Source: a virus
Length of the DNA stretch: 64,000 nt
Virus record (IMG/VR): IMGVR_UViG_3300005529_000024
Coordinates: 96,001-160,000 of that record
Strand: one strand, 5' to 3'
Part shown: one piece after another, positions 9,630 to 19,472 of the stretch
How the letters are laid out: each line of letters starts with the position of its first letter
Position numbering within the stretch: position 1 is the first letter of the stretch
Notes under the pieces: generated by a model
Databases searched by the model: none
Seen by the model: the letters and a program-made list of their open reading frames with translations, nothing else
What the model was told of the DNA's origin: nothing
Made by a program: the position numbers and the translations under genes

Positions 9630-10673
9630 ATGGCTTTAACACCTAAAGAAGTTATTGAAGCAATTAACAAGGCAATGAAGACTGAGGTAACTCAGATCGG
9701 TACGGAGCATCTGCTTTCAGATGTTCCGTATTTTATTTCTACTAGTTCTACCCTTCTTGATCTCGCATTGGGAGGAGGTATTGCTGGTAGACGTATCGTA
9801 GAACTTTATGCGTCCGAGTCAGAAGGTAAATCCACAATAGCCACACATATTCTTGCCAATGTGCAGAAGGCCGGTGGGCTGGCTATGTTGATCGATTCCG
9901 AAACTACAATCGAGCGTAGTAGATCAGAACGTATTGGTCTGGATATGTCTCAGGTCATCATGAACTATGCTTCTACTGTGGAAGATGGTTTTGATTCAAT
10001 CCGTGTTCTTCTGGAGAAGATTGCAGCGTCACCTAAACGTGCAGAAGATCCGACACAGCCTGTTGTAATCGTGTGGGATACTATTGCTGCCGTTCCAACA
10101 ATCGCTGAAAAGGAAAAAGGTAAGTTCGGTGGTGGGCAAGCGGAACGTCCCCGTATTATTCGTGGTGGACTGCGCTTAATCAGTATGCCGTTAGCAAAAG
10201 CTAATGCTGTTCTGATCCTTAATAACCATCTGATCTCTTCTCTCAATCCTTATTCTCCGGTTACTACTCCAGGAGGTACTGGTCCTAAACTCTTTGCGAC
10301 TCATCGAATCTGGTTAAAGAGATCTGGACTATGGAAAGACCCTGTTACTGATGTTGAGAAGGGTATTATTGTCCGGGCTAAGATTATGAAAAACAAACTT
10401 GGTCCCCCGTTAAAAGAACCTGAGATCGTCATCATGTTCGAGAACGGTATTGATGATAACTGGAGTCTTTTCACTTATGCCTCTGATGATGAAGTAAAGA
10501 TCATTGAGCGTGGTGGGGCTTGGTATTCATTTAACTTCCCAGATGAGAAGGGGAACATTATTACCAAGAAGTTCCATCAAAAAGACTTTCCTAAGCTTTG
10601 TATTGATCATCCAGGATTGATTCCTCAGTTGAAGAAGAGAGTGACGGATTATTGGAATGGCAATGGAGTTTGA
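9630..10673 (+). CDS. recA: RecA/UvsX recombinase
   Basis: LDLALGGG, Walker A ASESEGKS, IDSE, VWDTIAA, TPGG, KNK..PP, GAWY. Confidence 0.93.
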   Translation: MALTPKEVIEAINKAMKTEVTQIGTEHLLSDVPYFISTSSTLLDLALGGGIAGRRIVELYASESEGKSTIATHILANVQKAGGLAMLIDSETTIERSRSERIGLDMSQVIMNYASTVEDGFDSIRVLLEKIAASPKRAEDPTQPVVIVWDTIAAVPTIAEKEKGKFGGGQAERPRIIRGGLRLISMPLAKANAVLILNNHLISSLNPYSPVTTPGGTGPKLFATHRIWLKRSGLWKDPVTDVEKGIIVRAKIMKNKLGPPLKEPEIVIMFENGIDDNWSLFTYASDDEVKIIERGGAWYSFNFPDEKGNIITKKFHQKDFPKLCIDHPGLIPQLKKRVTDYWNGNGV

Positions 10674-11715
10674 TAAGGTAGTATCTGCTTTCAGTAGTGA
10701 GCCTGCAAAGCTTCTAATATTCGACGGAAACGCTGCGTTACATCGTGTCCTGCATATTCCAGCGTTATTGGGTATGCGTGTTGAGGATGTCCCTACAGGC
10801 GGTATCAATGGCATGATGAAGGTCATAAGAAAGGAGTTATCCCTCTTTGATCCTCATCATGCCATATTCGTTTGGGATTCCAGTAGCCTGAGTAAGCGTC
10901 GTTTATCTCTTTATCCAGACTACAAAGCAACACGTCCTGGTAGGAGTGAGCCAAAGACATTAGAGGAAGCAGAAAAGCGAGCAGAATATTCAGCTTTATT
11001 TTCATGCCAGAAATCCAGGATTGATTGTATGTTAAACGATCTTGGCATTTACAGCGTATCTTTAGATGGGTACGAGGCTGACGATATAATTGCTTTTTTG
11101 GCACGTGAGTTCTCTGCCAGTATGCAGGTATGCATTGTAAGCGATGACTTTGACATGTGTATGCTGATCGATAAGAATATTTCTGTGCATAGGCCGATTA
11201 ATGAGGAGCTTATTTCTATCGATAACGCTAAGGAGAAGTTAACTGTAACCCCAGAGATGTACATGTTTATAAAGGTACTGTGTGGGGATAAATCCGATAA
11301 TCTTGATGGAGTGCCGAAGGTTGGACCAAGTACGGCTGAATATATAGTCTCAAAAATGACAGCACCTACTATTGAGAATCTTGTGTCTACTTGTAACGAT
11401 ATCATAAGCTCTTCTGTCGAGGCTACATCCCAGGTTAAAAAACGTGTCCACTCAGTTTTAGGTAATCTGGATATAGTTAAACGCAATGTTGATATGATTG
11501 ATCTATCGAAGGAGTATTTCAGCGAAGCAGATATTAATAAGATCGGATCTATACTGAGTTTTCCTGTTAAAGCAAATGAGCGCAATATAGAGATGATTTT
11601 TAATAAATATCAGTTTAATGCGCTGACACAGTTTTTCCGAAATTGGTTTACTCCTTTTCTACGTTTGAAGCCACTTGAGGTAGGGTTGATGCATGGAAGA
11701 ACATTTATCAGATAG
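10657..11715 (+). CDS. 5'-3' exonuclease / flap endonuclease (RNase H-like)
   Basis: FDGN, YKATR, EADDIIA, SDDFD, GDKSDNLDGVPKVGP. Confidence 0.92.
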   Translation: MAMEFDKVVSAFSSEPAKLLIFDGNAALHRVLHIPALLGMRVEDVPTGGINGMMKVIRKELSLFDPHHAIFVWDSSSLSKRRLSLYPDYKATRPGRSEPKTLEEAEKRAEYSALFSCQKSRIDCMLNDLGIYSVSLDGYEADDIIAFLAREFSASMQVCIVSDDFDMCMLIDKNISVHRPINEELISIDNAKEKLTVTPEMYMFIKVLCGDKSDNLDGVPKVGPSTAEYIVSKMTAPTIENLVSTCNDIISSSVEATSQVKKRVHSVLGNLDIVKRNVDMIDLSKEYFSEADINKIGSILSFPVKANERNIEMIFNKYQFNALTQFFRNWFTPFLRLKPLEVGLMHGRTFIR

Positions 11716-12397
11716 TTGTATAAATTGGGATAACGTGAACGTTCTTGTTTTCTCGGAATGTAACAATATCGATCTCTATTTTTCAAATGCTAGAAAATTT
11801 GTTGAGAATAATTATCTTGATCAATTAAATTATTTTAGGGGATTGCGCCCTGAGCATATTACAGAGAATAAATTCATAGACGAATATGTGTGGGTTGTAT
11901 ATGCAAGCGGGTTTAACGCATCTGTATTAAGTAAGAAATGGGACAAACTAAAGTCGATATATTCACAGATATACATAGATCTAGGATTTACATCGCTTTT
12001 TTCATATGATATCGAGAAATCATTAAAAGAGGCTTGCGAATTAATCAATAGGAGGGATAAGGCTGGTTCTATTGTTCGCGTTTTAACCGAGCTAGATAGT
12101 ATTGGATATGCCGCGTTTAGAAATAAATATCTCTCTAATCTTGATTCTATGATGGACTTACCATTTATTGGTCCTACTACTAAATATCATCTTGGGCGTA
12201 ATCTTGGTATAGATTGTGTGAAGCCCGATGTGCATCTAGTTAGAATGGCAGAATATTTTGGATTTTCTACACCCTTGGCAATGTGTGAATATCTAGGTAC
12301 GAATTATAATGAGCGTATTGGAGTTGTGGACTTGATCCTCTGGTATGCTGCTTCAACATTCGGTACACAGCATATGAGGAGTATGCAGTTAAAATGA
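11693..12397 (+). CDS. HhH-superfamily DNA glycosylase-like protein
   Basis: LPFIGPTTKYHL HhH followed by KPDVHLVR. Confidence 0.65.
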   Translation: MEEHLSDSCINWDNVNVLVFSECNNIDLYFSNARKFVENNYLDQLNYFRGLRPEHITENKFIDEYVWVVYASGFNASVLSKKWDKLKSIYSQIYIDLGFTSLFSYDIEKSLKEACELINRRDKAGSIVRVLTELDSIGYAAFRNKYLSNLDSMMDLPFIGPTTKYHLGRNLGIDCVKPDVHLVRMAEYFGFSTPLAMCEYLGTNYNERIGVVDLILWYAASTFGTQHMRSMQLK

Positions 12398-13428
12398 AGC
12401 TTTTAATTTATTCTGATGTGCATGTCAGTCCATATGGGGAGTTCTCAAAACCGTCTCCTAACTATTACACTCCACGGATGGGGCATCTTTTAAATACAGC
12501 ATCTTGGATTGCTGAGCGCATTATCAGTGAGAAGCCAGATTTCGTTATCAATGCTGGAGACTTCTTTAATTCAGCGCATCAACTTGATCCGCTTAGTATC
12601 TACACTGGTTGTGAGTTTATATCTCGTGTATCGGATGCTTGCTCTTCTGTAAAGGCACAGCACATAATAATATATGGGAACCATGACTCGATAGCTGATT
12701 CTGTTCACTGTCTCCATCCTTTCAAGATTCAAGCTACTGTTGTAGAGGATGCTAAACAGATAGATGACATCTTGTTTATATCAAACACACGTAATCTTGA
12801 TAATGTCCGAGAAGTTTTTAAGAAACATGGAACAGCTAGATATGCTGTAGTACACCAGGATATAAAAAATGGGTGGATGAATGCTGGCATAAAGTCATCT
12901 GGTGGATTGGATGAGTCTTATTTCGGGGATAATATAGAGCGTGTCTATTCAGGACATTATCATCATCCACAGCAGGTAGGTCGTATAACAGTAGTCGGAA
13001 GTGTAATGCATCATAACTTCAATGATGATTTCAAGATTGATCGTGGTATTGTCGTAGCTGATGATACAAAATATGAGCTTATAAAAAATCCTTGCTCTCC
13101 TTTGTATAGAAAAGTTGATATCGATGATCTATATAAACTTCAGTCATGCATTACATCTGAAAAAGCTGATGAAGAGGTTTACTATTGGATAAGGTGTTCC
13201 TCCAGCATAAAGAGAGATGTGATGGATAAACTCTCCGGTGAGGGCAACATAAGAATTACAGAGATACCAGAAGATTCTACTGTTAAGGTCATAGAGTCAG
13301 ATCATAGAACAGATCCGTATGAAGCTCTTAGGGAGAAGGTTGATCGTGACATAAACATAATCCAGGATCTAGATAAAGAAAAAGTATTATCAATAGGAAA
13401 GAGTATTATAAACTCAAGTGGGAATTAG
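12394..13428 (+). CDS. SbcD/Mre11/gp47-like nuclease
   Basis: SDVH, GDFF, GNHD, GHYH; adjacent to SMC-like ATPase. Confidence 0.88.
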   Translation: MKLLIYSDVHVSPYGEFSKPSPNYYTPRMGHLLNTASWIAERIISEKPDFVINAGDFFNSAHQLDPLSIYTGCEFISRVSDACSSVKAQHIIIYGNHDSIADSVHCLHPFKIQATVVEDAKQIDDILFISNTRNLDNVREVFKKHGTARYAVVHQDIKNGWMNAGIKSSGGLDESYFGDNIERVYSGHYHHPQQVGRITVVGSVMHHNFNDDFKIDRGIVVADDTKYELIKNPCSPLYRKVDIDDLYKLQSCITSEKADEEVYYWIRCSSSIKRDVMDKLSGEGNIRITEIPEDSTVKVIESDHRTDPYEALREKVDRDINIIQDLDKEKVLSIGKSIINSSGN

Positions 13429-13429
13429 A

Positions 13430-13579
13430 ATGTTTTTACCTAAAAACTGGTTCATATTTTTTGGTTCTCTTTCTATGTTTAGCGGATCTATTTTTGAGTT
13501 TTATCGCGGTAATTATAGACTATCCACTGTTTATTTGTGTTATTCAACAGCTAACGCAATATTATCTTATATGGATTAG
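13430..13579 (+). CDS. small hydrophobic protein (49 aa)
   Basis: MFLPKNWFIFFGSLSMFSG... fills the gap between the SbcD- and SbcC-like genes. Confidence 0.4.
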   Translation: MFLPKNWFIFFGSLSMFSGSIFEFYRGNYRLSTVYLCYSTANAILSYMD

Positions 13580-13588
13580 GATCAGGCA

Positions 13589-15325
13589 ATGTATTGTAAG
13601 ACTCTTAATGTCAAGAACTTCTTATCCATCTCTGAAGCGTCTCTTAATCTGGAAAACAGGAAGCTTGTTCTAATCGAGGGAGTGATAGAGGGTAGTAGCT
13701 CCATTGTTAGTAATGGTGCAGGGAAATCTTCTTTATTCGAAGCCATTTATTGGGTATTATTCGATACAACAAGTCGTGGCGTTAGTAAGGATCATGTTGT
13801 GAACAACGTGATCGGTAAGGATTGCGAAGTTGAACTTGTGTTCGATGAAGGGGGTAGCGAATATAAAGTAACCCGCACAAGAAAGCATGGTACAAAAGGC
13901 AATACGCTGGAGATTTATTGCGACGGTAAAAATATTTCCGGGTCTACATCATCCAATTCCCAGAAAGTTTTAAACTCTATTTTGCCATTCGACATGCTGC
14001 TTTTTGATAGTATAGTTTATCTATCACAAGGTATGCACAGTAAATTTATGTCGCGTAGTGACCTAGAAAAGAAGTCTATCATAGAGCAGATTCTTAATTC
14101 TCTTGTGTATGAAAAGTGTATAGCGATAACAAAGGAAAAGCTTTCTGCGTTCAAAAAATTTATCGATTCAAAGACGCAGGAACTTTCCAACGCGAAGAGA
14201 ACTCTGGAGCTTCGTAAGAATAACTATAACGCCAAGCTGACTGAGATTACCACAATCGAGAAGGATACACTTGAGAAAATCAAAGATGTTGAGTCTAGAA
14301 CTGTAGAACTGAATGGGCATCTCTTACAGCAAGAGGAGAAGGTTAAAAGTCTTTCCAATTCATATCAGGAGCAGTCAACCAAGCTGTCAGTAGCCAAAGA
14401 GGAATGTAAGAAAGCTTTAATTGCCTTGAAGGAATTAGAGTCTCTGGTGAAGCAGCATGAAAATAAGAAGTGTTCCGTGCATTGTCCTGAGTGTGGTGTT
14501 CATGTCTATGGTCAAAACACAGGGAGTGAAAAAGAGAATTATTGGAAGGTACAAAAGGAATATAATTTATTACGGGATAAGGAGGTCGAAGAGGATAAAT
14601 TATTTAATACAATTAGCTCTGAAATCAAACATACAAATTCACAAATAGATGCAATCAAGCGTAAGATCGTGTATCAGGATGAAATCATTGCTGGTCATAA
14701 AAAGTACATAGCACAGAGTTCAAGTATTTTAAAAGAAGCTGAGGAGGAACTGCGGTTATCAGATAACCTTTATAACTCGATTGATCAAGAGATTAGATCT
14801 TGTGAAGAGAATACAAAGTATTTCGAGTACCTAAATAAGGCATTCTTCGATATCAGGTCATTGGTATTAACTGATGCGCTTGATTGTGTGAACCAATCCT
14901 TGCAGGGTTATGTAGATGAATTATTTGGTTCTGGACTGAAGATTAAGGTACAGCCTATCAAGGAGAGCTTGACCGGCGAGATAACATCTAAGTTTTCTAT
15001 TCTCCTTATCGACAATGAGAACCGTACACGTGATTATGCATCTTTCAGCGAGGGAGAGCGGCGTAGAATAGATTTAGCTTTGCACATATCGCTGATAGAT
15101 CTATCCAGGAAATATAGTTCTTTCCGATGCAATATCCTCCTATTAGATGAAGTTTGCGAGAACTTGGACACCCAAGGAATGCTCAGTTTGGTCAATATCT
15201 TGAAACGTAAGCTTGAGCATACAGATACTATAATGCTGATAACTCATATACCATATTTAAAATCATTGATTCAAAATTCAATCACGATTGTAAAGAAAAA
15301 CGATTTATCTTATCTTAAAAATTAA
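13589..15325 (+). CDS. SbcC/Rad50/gp46-like ATPase
   Basis: KNFLS, NGAGKSS, coiled coil with CPEC hook, SEGE signature, LLLDE, ITH. Confidence 0.92.
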   Translation: MYCKTLNVKNFLSISEASLNLENRKLVLIEGVIEGSSSIVSNGAGKSSLFEAIYWVLFDTTSRGVSKDHVVNNVIGKDCEVELVFDEGGSEYKVTRTRKHGTKGNTLEIYCDGKNISGSTSSNSQKVLNSILPFDMLLFDSIVYLSQGMHSKFMSRSDLEKKSIIEQILNSLVYEKCIAITKEKLSAFKKFIDSKTQELSNAKRTLELRKNNYNAKLTEITTIEKDTLEKIKDVESRTVELNGHLLQQEEKVKSLSNSYQEQSTKLSVAKEECKKALIALKELESLVKQHENKKCSVHCPECGVHVYGQNTGSEKENYWKVQKEYNLLRDKEVEEDKLFNTISSEIKHTNSQIDAIKRKIVYQDEIIAGHKKYIAQSSSILKEAEEELRLSDNLYNSIDQEIRSCEENTKYFEYLNKAFFDIRSLVLTDALDCVNQSLQGYVDELFGSGLKIKVQPIKESLTGEITSKFSILLIDNENRTRDYASFSEGERRRIDLALHISLIDLSRKYSSFRCNILLLDEVCENLDTQGMLSLVNILKRKLEHTDTIMLITHIPYLKSLIQNSITIVKKNDLSYLKN

Positions 15326-17568
15326 TGGGGAAAGTAATGAAAGTACAGTCAGTTAGAAAACGTGATGGGAGAACAATCCCGTTCGATAAAAATAGGATTG
15401 TCAAGGCTATTACAAAATGTCTAGCAGCTACTAAAGAAGGCAATTCTGATGATGCGCTTAAATTAGCGAATAAGGTAGTGCGCGAGATCAATCAGAAGGA
15501 AGCGGAAGTTATAACCGTGGAAGAGATACAGGACATTGTAGAGAATACTCTGATCTTGTCTGATTTTGTTGTCACAGCTAAAGCCTATATCCTATACAGG
15601 CAGAAACGCGCTATCGTTCGAAAGAAGTCTAAGGATATACCTCAAAATGTCAAAGATCTTGTAAACGAAAGCAAGAAATATTTCAAGTCTCCATATTCAG
15701 AGTTTATTTATTATCGCTCTTATTCTAGGTGGATTCCCTCTGAGAACAGAAGAGAGACATGGATTGAGACGGTTGATCGGTATGTAAATTTTATGCGTCA
15801 GAATCTTGCGGATAAACTGACTGAGCAAGAGTATACCGATATCAGAAATGCAATCTTGAACCAGGAAGTAATGCCGTCTATGCGTCTTTTCTGGAGTGCT
15901 GGTGAAGCTGCTTCGAAGACTAATACTACTGTGTTCAATTGTAGTTTTACGACAGTATCCAGTATTCGAGATTTTTGCGACATCCTCTATATTCTTATGT
16001 GCGGTTGCGGAGTAGGATTTAGCGTAGAACAGCAGCATATTCACAAACTACCTCAAATTGAGTGGCAGAAGAATGGCGAGGTACAGACTCATGTGGTTGA
16101 TGATAGTAAAGAGGGATGGGCTAATGCATTTGAGGTTGGCCTAAAATGTTGGTTCTCTGGTGAGGATGTGGAATTTGATTTCTCTCAGGTAAGGCCAAAT
16201 GGGACTCGTTTGAAGACCATGGGAGGTAAGGCTTCTGGTCCTGCACCATTGAAGTCTCTATTCTCTTTCACACGTAGTAAAATCCTTTCTAAACAGGGTC
16301 GTAGATTATCGTCTCTTGATGTGCATGACATTGTGTGTAAGATTGGGGAGATTGTTGTTACTGGAGGTGTACGAAGATCTGCGCTTCTATCCCTCTCTGA
16401 TTTAGATGATCAGGAAATGCGTGTGGCGAAATCTGGTCAGTTTTATCTGACGGCGAGCCATAGATCATTTGCCAATAACTCTGTCGCATATAATTATAAA
16501 CCCTCGACTACAGAGTTCATGGATGAATGGATCGCACTTGCTAAAAGCGGTACTGGAGAGCGCGGTATTTTCAATCGTGGTAGTCTTCAAAAGCAAATGC
16601 CACAGCGTAGATGGAAGGGATTTAAAAAGGGTCTCTATAGTTCTGGTGTCAATCCTTGTGGTGAGATCATCCTAAAGTCAAAGGAAATGTGCAATCTCTC
16701 TGAGGTTGTAGCCAAGCCAGATGATACTTTTGATAGCTTACTTTATAAGATTCGCTTGGCTACCATTGTCGGTACTTATCAGAGTACTTTAACAGACTTC
16801 AAATATATCTCTCCAGAGTGGAAGAAGAACTGTGATGAAGAGCGTCTGTTGGGTGTTTCAATAACCGGACAATTCGATTGTGCTGTTCTTCGTGATGCTG
16901 AGGTTCTGAAGAATCTTCGTGAGACTGCTATTGAGGTGAACAAAGAATATGCAAAGCGTTTTGGTATTAACGAATCTGTTGCGATTACAGCCATAAAACC
17001 ATCTGGTAGCGTTAGTAGTCTTGTCGATGCGTCTTCAGGAATGCATCCACGTTACGCTAAATATTATATCCGGCGAGTTCGTATTGCTTCTACTGACAGC
17101 TTGCTTAAGATGCTCCAGGATCAGGGATTCCCTGTCTTCCCGGATGTCGGCCAGAATCCAGAGACTTGTACTACCTATGTTCTTGAGTTTCCGATGAAGG
17201 CACCAGAAGGATCTGTTACTCGTAACGATCTTACTGCTATCCAGCAGCTTGAATATTGGAAAATGCTGAAGGTTAACTATACAGAACATAATCCTAGCGT
17301 TACGATTCTCGTTTCTTCTAACGAGTGGATTGAGGTTGCTAATTGGGTGTATAATAATTGGGATATTATTGGTGGGGTGTCTTTCCTACCACGAGAGGAG
17401 CATAACTATATCCTTGCTCCCTATGAGGAAATTACAGAGGAGAAGTATAATGAGATGCTTCAGACTCTTCCTCAAGTAGATTTTTCCCAGATTCTGTTAT
17501 ATGAACAGGAAGATGAGACAGAAGGTCATAGAGAATTAGCCTGTGTCTCCGGTGTTTGTGAACTTTAA
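15325..17568 (+). CDS. nrdJ: class II (AdoCbl-dependent) ribonucleotide reductase with ATP cone
   Basis: VRKRDG ATP cone; RRETW; FNC; GVRRSA; NPCGE; CNLSE; KPSG; C-terminal CVSGVC. Confidence 0.92.
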   Translation: MGKVMKVQSVRKRDGRTIPFDKNRIVKAITKCLAATKEGNSDDALKLANKVVREINQKEAEVITVEEIQDIVENTLILSDFVVTAKAYILYRQKRAIVRKKSKDIPQNVKDLVNESKKYFKSPYSEFIYYRSYSRWIPSENRRETWIETVDRYVNFMRQNLADKLTEQEYTDIRNAILNQEVMPSMRLFWSAGEAASKTNTTVFNCSFTTVSSIRDFCDILYILMCGCGVGFSVEQQHIHKLPQIEWQKNGEVQTHVVDDSKEGWANAFEVGLKCWFSGEDVEFDFSQVRPNGTRLKTMGGKASGPAPLKSLFSFTRSKILSKQGRRLSSLDVHDIVCKIGEIVVTGGVRRSALLSLSDLDDQEMRVAKSGQFYLTASHRSFANNSVAYNYKPSTTEFMDEWIALAKSGTGERGIFNRGSLQKQMPQRRWKGFKKGLYSSGVNPCGEIILKSKEMCNLSEVVAKPDDTFDSLLYKIRLATIVGTYQSTLTDFKYISPEWKKNCDEERLLGVSITGQFDCAVLRDAEVLKNLRETAIEVNKEYAKRFGINESVAITAIKPSGSVSSLVDASSGMHPRYAKYYIRRVRIASTDSLLKMLQDQGFPVFPDVGQNPETCTTYVLEFPMKAPEGSVTRNDLTAIQQLEYWKMLKVNYTEHNPSVTILVSSNEWIEVANWVYNNWDIIGGVSFLPREEHNYILAPYEEITEEKYNEMLQTLPQVDFSQILLYEQEDETEGHRELACVSGVCEL

Positions 17569-17580
17569 AACGAGGCAGAT

Positions 17581-18456
17581 ATGTACAGTGTGAAGATTTT
17601 AGCAGACAGTATAGCACCAAACGGTCAACGTCTTACAACTTGGGAACTTACTTATCCTAGATTTGTTCATTCAGAGCTTATGACGCATAGGCTATTTAGT
17701 CGTAATTCGGCAAGTAGTCGTGCGATTCCTACTGCTAAGCTCATCAATCGTGTAATGACTGATCCTGCATTGCCGGTTTGGTGGGGCAAGAATCAGACGG
17801 GTATGCAAGCCCTTGAGGAATTAGATCCTGATGCAAAGGAGAAGGCTATTGAGGTCTGGCTCAAGGCAAGAGATACAATGGTAGGAGTTGCTGAGGAGCT
17901 AAACAAGATCGGGCTTCATAAGCAGATTGCTAATCGTGTGATCGAACCTTGGATGTTCATTACCGTCATCGTATCAGCTACATGTTATGAAAATTTCTTC
18001 CATTTAAGATGTCATCCTGACGCTCAGCCTGAAATTGGTAAAATTGCTAAAATGATGTTCGAAACATACATCTCGCATGTACCAACACCTTTAGCTTCTG
18101 GAGAATGGCATGTGCCTCTAATTGACAACGAGGATATCGTTAGATGTTTCGTCAAGGCAAATGGTATCTCTCCTGATGGGATGTCCACAAAAGAGGAATG
18201 GGCTAATGCAACATATCTAATCAGGAAGGTTTCTGTAGGTCGTTGTGCTCGTGTATCTTATTTGACACATGATGGTATTCGTGATATCAATCAAGATATT
18301 GAGTTGCATGATAAGCTTAAAAACAGCGGTCACTGGTCTCCATTTGAGCATGTTGCTATGGCTTTGGATCAACCAGACCGGATTGGAAACTTCATTGGAT
18401 GGCTTCAATATCGCAAGTGTTTTGAGAATGAGCATTACGGCGGGTTAATGCCATAA
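17581..18456 (+). CDS. thyX: flavin-dependent thymidylate synthase
   Basis: ELMTHRLFSRNSASSRAIP, HKQIANR, AQPEI, HWSPFEH. Confidence 0.9.
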   Translation: MYSVKILADSIAPNGQRLTTWELTYPRFVHSELMTHRLFSRNSASSRAIPTAKLINRVMTDPALPVWWGKNQTGMQALEELDPDAKEKAIEVWLKARDTMVGVAEELNKIGLHKQIANRVIEPWMFITVIVSATCYENFFHLRCHPDAQPEIGKIAKMMFETYISHVPTPLASGEWHVPLIDNEDIVRCFVKANGISPDGMSTKEEWANATYLIRKVSVGRCARVSYLTHDGIRDINQDIELHDKLKNSGHWSPFEHVAMALDQPDRIGNFIGWLQYRKCFENEHYGGLMP

Positions 18457-18465
18457 TCTATTAAG

Positions 18466-18508
18466 ATAGCCAATAATTTGTCTTAAATGACGATTATTGG
18501 CTATTTTT
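18466..18508 (+). terminator. intrinsic terminator
   Basis: ATAGCCAATAAT...ATTATTGGCTAT stem followed by T-run. Confidence 0.8.
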
Positions 18509-18524
18509 ATGCCTACATTTGATC

Positions 18525-18553
18525 TTGACAAATATACTGTTAAAAGGTATAAT
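18525..18553 (+). promoter_or_regulatory. sigma70-type promoter for the tRNA
   Basis: TTGACA-N17-TATAAT, ending 6 nt before the tRNA. Confidence 0.85.
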
Positions 18554-18559
18554 ACTTAT

Positions 18560-18651
18560 AGGCCCTTAGTTTAACGGCAAAATCCTGGACTTATAATCCA
18601 GAAGCTCTAGATTGGAGCGCGATACGGGTTCGAATCCCGTAGGGCCTACCA
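18560..18651 (+). tRNA. tRNA-Ile(UAU) with long variable arm, encoded CCA
   Basis: AGGCCCT/AGGGCCT acceptor; CTGGA-CTTATAA-TCCAG anticodon arm (TAT 18592-18594); 22-nt variable region; ACGGG-TTCGAAT-CCCGT; ends ACCA. Confidence 0.9.
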
Positions 18652-18844
18652 ATTTTAAACACAAGGATCTAAAATGACTAAAGAGGAATACGAGAAAAGC
18701 GTTAAGGAAACTATGATCCGTGACATGCTTTGTATGTATCAAAATGAGAAACTTGGTTATACTCCAGCTTGGATCTCTATGCTTGTTGATCGTCTCTATA
18801 ATGAAGGGTGGAGAAAGACTAACGAACGACCATAGGAGGTGGAT

Positions 18845-19210
18845 ATGGAGTTTTCAGTCGGTGATTTCGTAAAAGTGAAAGAGATCAGCTATCTTAAGAA
18901 GGATCTCCATGGGAAGATCGGTAAAGTTGTTGGATCTCATGAAAACGATATTTATAGTGTTGAAATCGATGGTATACAGTATGGCTTGCTGGTAGACATG
19001 ATCGAGCTTGCCAATGTGAGCACAATGAAGTTAGAGGTTCTTCCTCCTATTCCAGCAGGAGAGAGTCCATTTATTCATGATGCGTATCACATGGGAGCAC
19101 AGGTCGCTTCCAATGTGTATATCATGCATGAGACGCATAAAACCCAGAAAGCGAAATATATCATCGTTGTGAATACAGAGACAGGTGAGCGTTCAAGAAT
19201 CTGGCTCTAA
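18845..19210 (+). CDS. hypothetical protein (N-terminal SH3/KOW-like)
   Basis: FSVGDFVKV..GKIGKVV; AGGAGG RBS. Confidence 0.5.
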   Translation: MEFSVGDFVKVKEISYLKKDLHGKIGKVVGSHENDIYSVEIDGIQYGLLVDMIELANVSTMKLEVLPPIPAGESPFIHDAYHMGAQVASNVYIMHETHKTQKAKYIIVVNTETGERSRIWL

Positions 19211-19226
19211 AGGAGAGGAGGTTGAT

Positions 19227-19463
19227 ATGAATGCAATCAAAGGTGATGTTCTCTTGACAAGGGAATTGATCGATGTTCTGACTCCTGAGCATGATCGTAC
19301 AAGCTGTGATGATACCGATCTTGCCAATGCATATGTGGTCTCAAATTCATACGTCCGATGTGTACGTTGCCATCTGCTGGATAATGTCGGGATGTATGTT
19401 CGTGATCTCGGTATCCAACTTGTTGTTTCACAAGAAGCTAAACCAGACACCCCGACTCCATAA
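19227..19463 (+). CDS. hypothetical protein
   Basis: GGAGG RBS; H...C...CxxC. Confidence 0.5.
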   Translation: MNAIKGDVLLTRELIDVLTPEHDRTSCDDTDLANAYVVSNSYVRCVRCHLLDNVGMYVRDLGIQLVVSQEAKPDTPTP

Positions 19464-19472
19464 GGAGATAGA

